From positions 37,820,001-37,884,000 of the forward strand of contig NW_024704742.1 of assembly GCF_018977255.1 (NCBI RefSeq): a stretch of DNA of 64,000 nt. Reading direction: 5' to 3'. The notes under the pieces are model-generated. The model did not search any database. It saw only the letters and a list, made by a program, of their open reading frames with translations, and was not told the origin of the DNA. Shown piece by piece: positions 63,401 to 64,000 of this stretch (the stretch's first letter is position 1; the number at the start of each line of letters is the position of its first letter). The position numbers were made by a program, and so were the translations under genes. The stretch comes from Callorhinchus milii (lineage: Eukaryota).

Positions 63401-63789
63401 CCGGGCTCCCTGCCCCCCCCCCCCCGGGCTCCCTGTCCCCCCCCCCGGGCTCCCTGTCCCCCCCCCCCCCGGGCTCCCTGTCCCCCCCCCCCCCGGGCTC
63501 CCTGTCCCCCCCCCGGGCTCCCTGACCCCCGGGCTCCCTGTCCCCCCCCCGGGCTCCCTGCGCACCCGCTAAACAAACACAGCGAAGCGAAGGGGCCACC
63601 TGTGCAGTGGCTGCGGGACCCGCCCGACCGCCCCGACTCACTCTGTGGGAAGCGGGGGGTCGGTTTGTGAAACTCGGGGGCGGTGCCGCTGACGGGCAGC
63701 CCGGCCTTTATGAAGTTGTAGCTGCTCCTCAGCCGGGCCAGGGTCTCACTGTCCGGCCCGCTGGCTTTGCTGGATTCCGACGACGACAT
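18208..63789 (-). CDS. CCDC158: Coiled-coil domain-containing protein 158, 24 coding exons assembled by hand, 3615 nt, ~1204 aa
   Basis: All introns GT-AG with compatible phases. Hallmark peptides match recalled human CCDC158: [97 protein letters not shown]. Syntenic with STBD1. The 5'-most three exons are less certain. Confidence 0.92.
18434..18535 (-). CDS. CCDC158: CCDC158 penultimate exon ([27 protein letters not shown])
   Basis: Resembles human [27 protein letters not shown]; phase 1-1. Confidence 0.93.
18670..19008 (+). mobile_element. CR1-like LINE 3' end remnant
   Basis: Similar to 60135-60540 (TTCTTCACTCAG.GGGTAGTGAATTTATGG...GATCAGCCATGAT...GGCTCGAG..GCCGAATAGCCTACTCCT) with a TATGTTC-type tail. 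Confidence 0.75.
20505..20870. mobile_element. Possible non-autonomous Helitron-like element
   Basis: Starts TCTTATACCAATAAAA...GTTTGTCTGTCTG, is CpG-richer than its flanks and has a GC-rich 3' part. Termini not confirmed. Confidence 0.3.
21255..21443 (-). CDS. CCDC158: CCDC158 exon ([10 protein letters not shown]...RSPVSSLLT...)
   Basis: SPVSSLLT resembles human KSPVHSLLT; phase 1-1. Confidence 0.85.
21850..22212 (+). mobile_element. Degraded L2 3' end
   Basis: AGGATTGATTTCAAGATCCTCA matches the reverse complement of the L2 at ~45930-45952; ends ATAAATGCAAGTTGGTGTTG. Confidence 0.65.
22667..22731 (-). CDS. CCDC158: CCDC158 exon ([21 protein letters not shown])
   Basis: cttttgcctgcag acceptor, gtgagt donor; phase 2-1 is what is needed to link its neighbours. 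Confidence 0.65.
23429..23482 (-). CDS. CCDC158: CCDC158 exon ([18 protein letters not shown])
   Basis: Strong acceptor, CAG|gtattg donor, phase 2-2. Confidence 0.62.
24244..24407 (-). CDS. CCDC158: CCDC158 exon ([15 protein letters not shown]...)
   Basis: Open frame, gtaagt donor, phase 0-2; weak homology. Confidence 0.72.
26345..26464 (-). CDS. CCDC158: CCDC158 exon ([10 protein letters not shown]...SGYLSF)
   Basis: ELQGPGY motif, gtgagt donor, phase 0-0. Confidence 0.9.
28606..28698 (-). CDS. CCDC158: CCDC158 exon ([31 protein letters not shown])
   Basis: Resembles human ASLQFAECQDIIQRQEQESVRLKLQHTLDIK; phase 0-0. Confidence 0.93.
30410..30737 (-). mobile_element. tRNA-Ala-derived SINE, full length, copy A
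   Basis: Head GGAGTCCTGTAGCTCAGTGGTTGAGCACTCGCTTTGCAAGC...GAGTTCAATTCCAGGC (Pol III A and B boxes, TGC loop). L2-type tail GCGCTATATCAAATGCAAGG(ATT)n. Confidence 0.88.
30813..31139 (-). mobile_element. tRNA-Ala-derived SINE, full length, copy B (tandem duplicate of copy A)
   Basis: Matches copy A apart from a handful of SNPs and small indels. Confidence 0.88.
31798..31956 (-). CDS. CCDC158: CCDC158 exon ([17 protein letters not shown]...VETTLEK)
   Basis: Resembles human EKHFLKEEKSKLSQELS; phase 0-0. Confidence 0.92.
34224..34336 (-). CDS. CCDC158: CCDC158 exon ([38 protein letters not shown])
   Basis: Near-identical to the recalled human hallmark segment; phase 1-0. Confidence 0.95.
35268..35420 (-). 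CDS. CCDC158: CCDC158 exon ([10 protein letters not shown]...LEGADTH)
   Basis: Phase 1-1; overlaps ORF 35170-35460. Confidence 0.9.
35849..36038 (-). CDS. CCDC158: CCDC158 exon ([14 protein letters not shown]...[11 protein letters not shown]...)
   Basis: Phase 0-1; overlaps ORF 35817-36032. Confidence 0.9.
37968..38471 (-). CDS. CCDC158: CCDC158 large coiled-coil exon ([14 protein letters not shown]...KIQELK)
   Basis: 504 nt open, overlaps ORF 37947-38423; phase 0-0. Confidence 0.9.
38927..39124 (-). CDS. CCDC158: CCDC158 exon ([23 protein letters not shown]...[14 protein letters not shown]...)
   Basis: Resembles human LEKEQNKRLWDRD...RRELDNRNMEVQRL; phase 0-0. Confidence 0.9.
39906..40025 (-). 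CDS. CCDC158: CCDC158 exon ([10 protein letters not shown]...LVQQLR)
   Basis: 120 nt, phase 0-0, gtaagt donor. Confidence 0.85.
41676..41790 (-). CDS. CCDC158: CCDC158 exon ([25 protein letters not shown]...)
   Basis: Resembles human EQARNQNSMYMRQLSDLESTVSQLR; phase 2-0. Confidence 0.9.
43714..44013 (+). mobile_element. Same SINE family, slightly 5'-truncated
   Basis: GAGCACTCGCTTTGCAAGCGAGAGACCTGAGTTCAATTCC...CAAATGCAAGGATTATTATT. Many tail-only remnants also occur (e.g. ~12650, 22920, 23565, 35070, 41490). Confidence 0.88.
45411..46095 (-). mobile_element. 5'-truncated L2 LINE (ORF2 C-terminus + 3' UTR + (TTG)n tail)
   Basis: Minus frame [51 protein letters not shown], the classic L2 C-terminus. 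GC-rich with CpGs retained, suggesting a young copy. Confidence 0.9.
45505..45648. repeat. 46-bp purine-rich unit x3 inside the L2 3' UTR
   Basis: GGGGGGAAATGGTCAGGGTGAGGGGAGGGAAGGGAGGGAGCGAGGA starts at 45505, 45551 and 45597. Confidence 0.92.
46848..46924 (-). CDS. CCDC158: CCDC158 exon ([26 protein letters not shown])
   Basis: Resembles human VEDQLEALKSESQNKIELLLQQHQDR; phase 0-2. Confidence 0.9.
47625..47952 (-). CDS. CCDC158: CCDC158 exon ([14 protein letters not shown]...LKARICP)
   Basis: Open frame, phase 2-0, gtaagt donor. Confidence 0.9.
49541..49650 (-). CDS. CCDC158: CCDC158 exon ([24 protein letters not shown]...)
   Basis: Resembles human HEKQKFYLRQSVIDLQTKLQ; gtaagt donor; phase 0-2. 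Confidence 0.9.
51030..51365 (+). mobile_element. Degraded CR1-like 3' fragment
   Basis: ORF relic [20 protein letters not shown] and tail AATAGGCTCAATGGGCTGAATGGCCC. Confidence 0.65.
51788..52014 (-). CDS. CCDC158: CCDC158 exon (...TKYDLDF...[15 protein letters not shown])
   Basis: Phase 1-0; resembles recalled human EYSHQVKDLQRRLNE. Confidence 0.85.
53208..53371 (-). CDS. CCDC158: CCDC158 exon ([22 protein letters not shown]...)
   Basis: Coiled-coil peptide, caacag acceptor, gtacgt donor, phase 2-1. Confidence 0.8.
54801..54846 (-). CDS. CCDC158: CCDC158 exon ([16 protein letters not shown])
   Basis: Strong polypyrimidine acceptor, gttagt donor; phase 1-2 bridges its neighbours. Confidence 0.7.
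57630..58030 (+). mobile_element. Degraded CR1-like fragment
   Basis: Peptide relics ([19 protein letters not shown]) and GGAGTGAAATCAGGAAGCA, typical of the CR1 ORF2 end. Confidence 0.6.
58825..58923 (-). CDS. CCDC158: CCDC158 exon ([15 protein letters not shown]...PYKAK)
   Basis: ttactag acceptor, AAG|gtgagc donor, open frame, phase 1-1. Confidence 0.6.
60135..60540 (+). mobile_element. CR1-like LINE 3' end
   Basis: C-terminal CR1 ORF2 peptide [19 protein letters not shown]...[23 protein letters not shown], 3' hairpin region and (TATGTTC) tail. Confidence 0.85.
62135..62375 (-). mobile_element. Short L2-like 3' end remnant
   Basis: (AAC)n tail + TATTTATACAGCGCC; peptide relic STVGGRAF...HLKIFLF. 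Confidence 0.6.
62640..63560. repeat. C-rich (G-rich on minus strand) variable minisatellite: (C)n-GGGCTCCCTG-[A/T] units of ~18-25 bp
   Basis: Read directly; about 40 units with variable C-run lengths and variant cores (GGACTCCCTG, GGCCGGCTG, GGCCCTG). Confidence 0.95.
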
Positions 63790-63840
63790 CTTTCTCCCTC
63801 TCTCTCTCCCCCCCTCTCCCTCCCTCTCTCTCCCCCCTCC
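63560..63840 (-). promoter_or_regulatory. CpG island at the CCDC158 5' end, running into a CT-rich tract and the gap
   Basis: High CpG density around the putative first exon. Confidence 0.55.
63642..63789 (-). CDS. CCDC158: CCDC158 putative first coding exon ([11 protein letters not shown]...PRFPQ)
   Basis: aagATGT start in a CpG island, donor gtgagt, phase 1 fits the next exon. No homology recalled. Confidence 0.65.
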
Positions 63841-63993
63841 NNNNNNNNNNNNNNNNNNNNNNNNNNNNNNNNNNNNNNNNNNNNNNNNNNNNNNNNNNNN
63901 NNNNNNNNNNNNNNNNNNNNNNNNNNNNNNNNNNNNNNNNNNNNNNNNNNNNNNNNNNNNNNNNNNNNNNNNNNNNNNNNNNNNNNNNNNNNN
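63841..63993. other. Assembly gap (N run)
   Basis: Run of n characters. Confidence 0.99.
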
Positions 63994-64000
63994 CCTCTCT

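Noticed and set aside
62534-63641. Gly-rich or Pro-rich collagen-like ORFs of 340-390 aa
   Set aside because: Translation of the G-tract minisatellite; a strong gtgagt donor at 63641 removes it as intron.

Overview
Vertebrate nuclear DNA, probably from a cartilaginous fish (inferred from the repeat landscape: tRNA-Ala-derived SINEs with L2-type (ATT)n/(TTG)n tails plus L2 and CR1 relics). It holds two conserved neighbours in convergent orientation: STBD1 (+, 2 coding exons, 13344-16193, 376 aa) and CCDC158 (-, 24 hand-assembled coding exons, 18208-63789, about 1204 aa). The unusual part is 1-12018, a near-identical head-to-tail array of at least 4 units of about 2.8 kb. Each unit carries an ectopic, intron-containing piece of TCP1/CCT1 (end of one exon, a whole exon, start of the next) whose intron holds an intact-looking SNORA20 H/ACA snoRNA. 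The TCP1 piece is cut mid-exon at both ends and each cut abuts a GC-rich 15/16-bp micro-repeat. A third member of the same motif family sits at a broken L2 junction, and a looser relative forms a 0.9-kb G-rich array in CCDC158 intron 1. Gene and snoRNA identifications rest on my recall of the human sequences, not on a database search. An assembly gap lies at 63841-63993.
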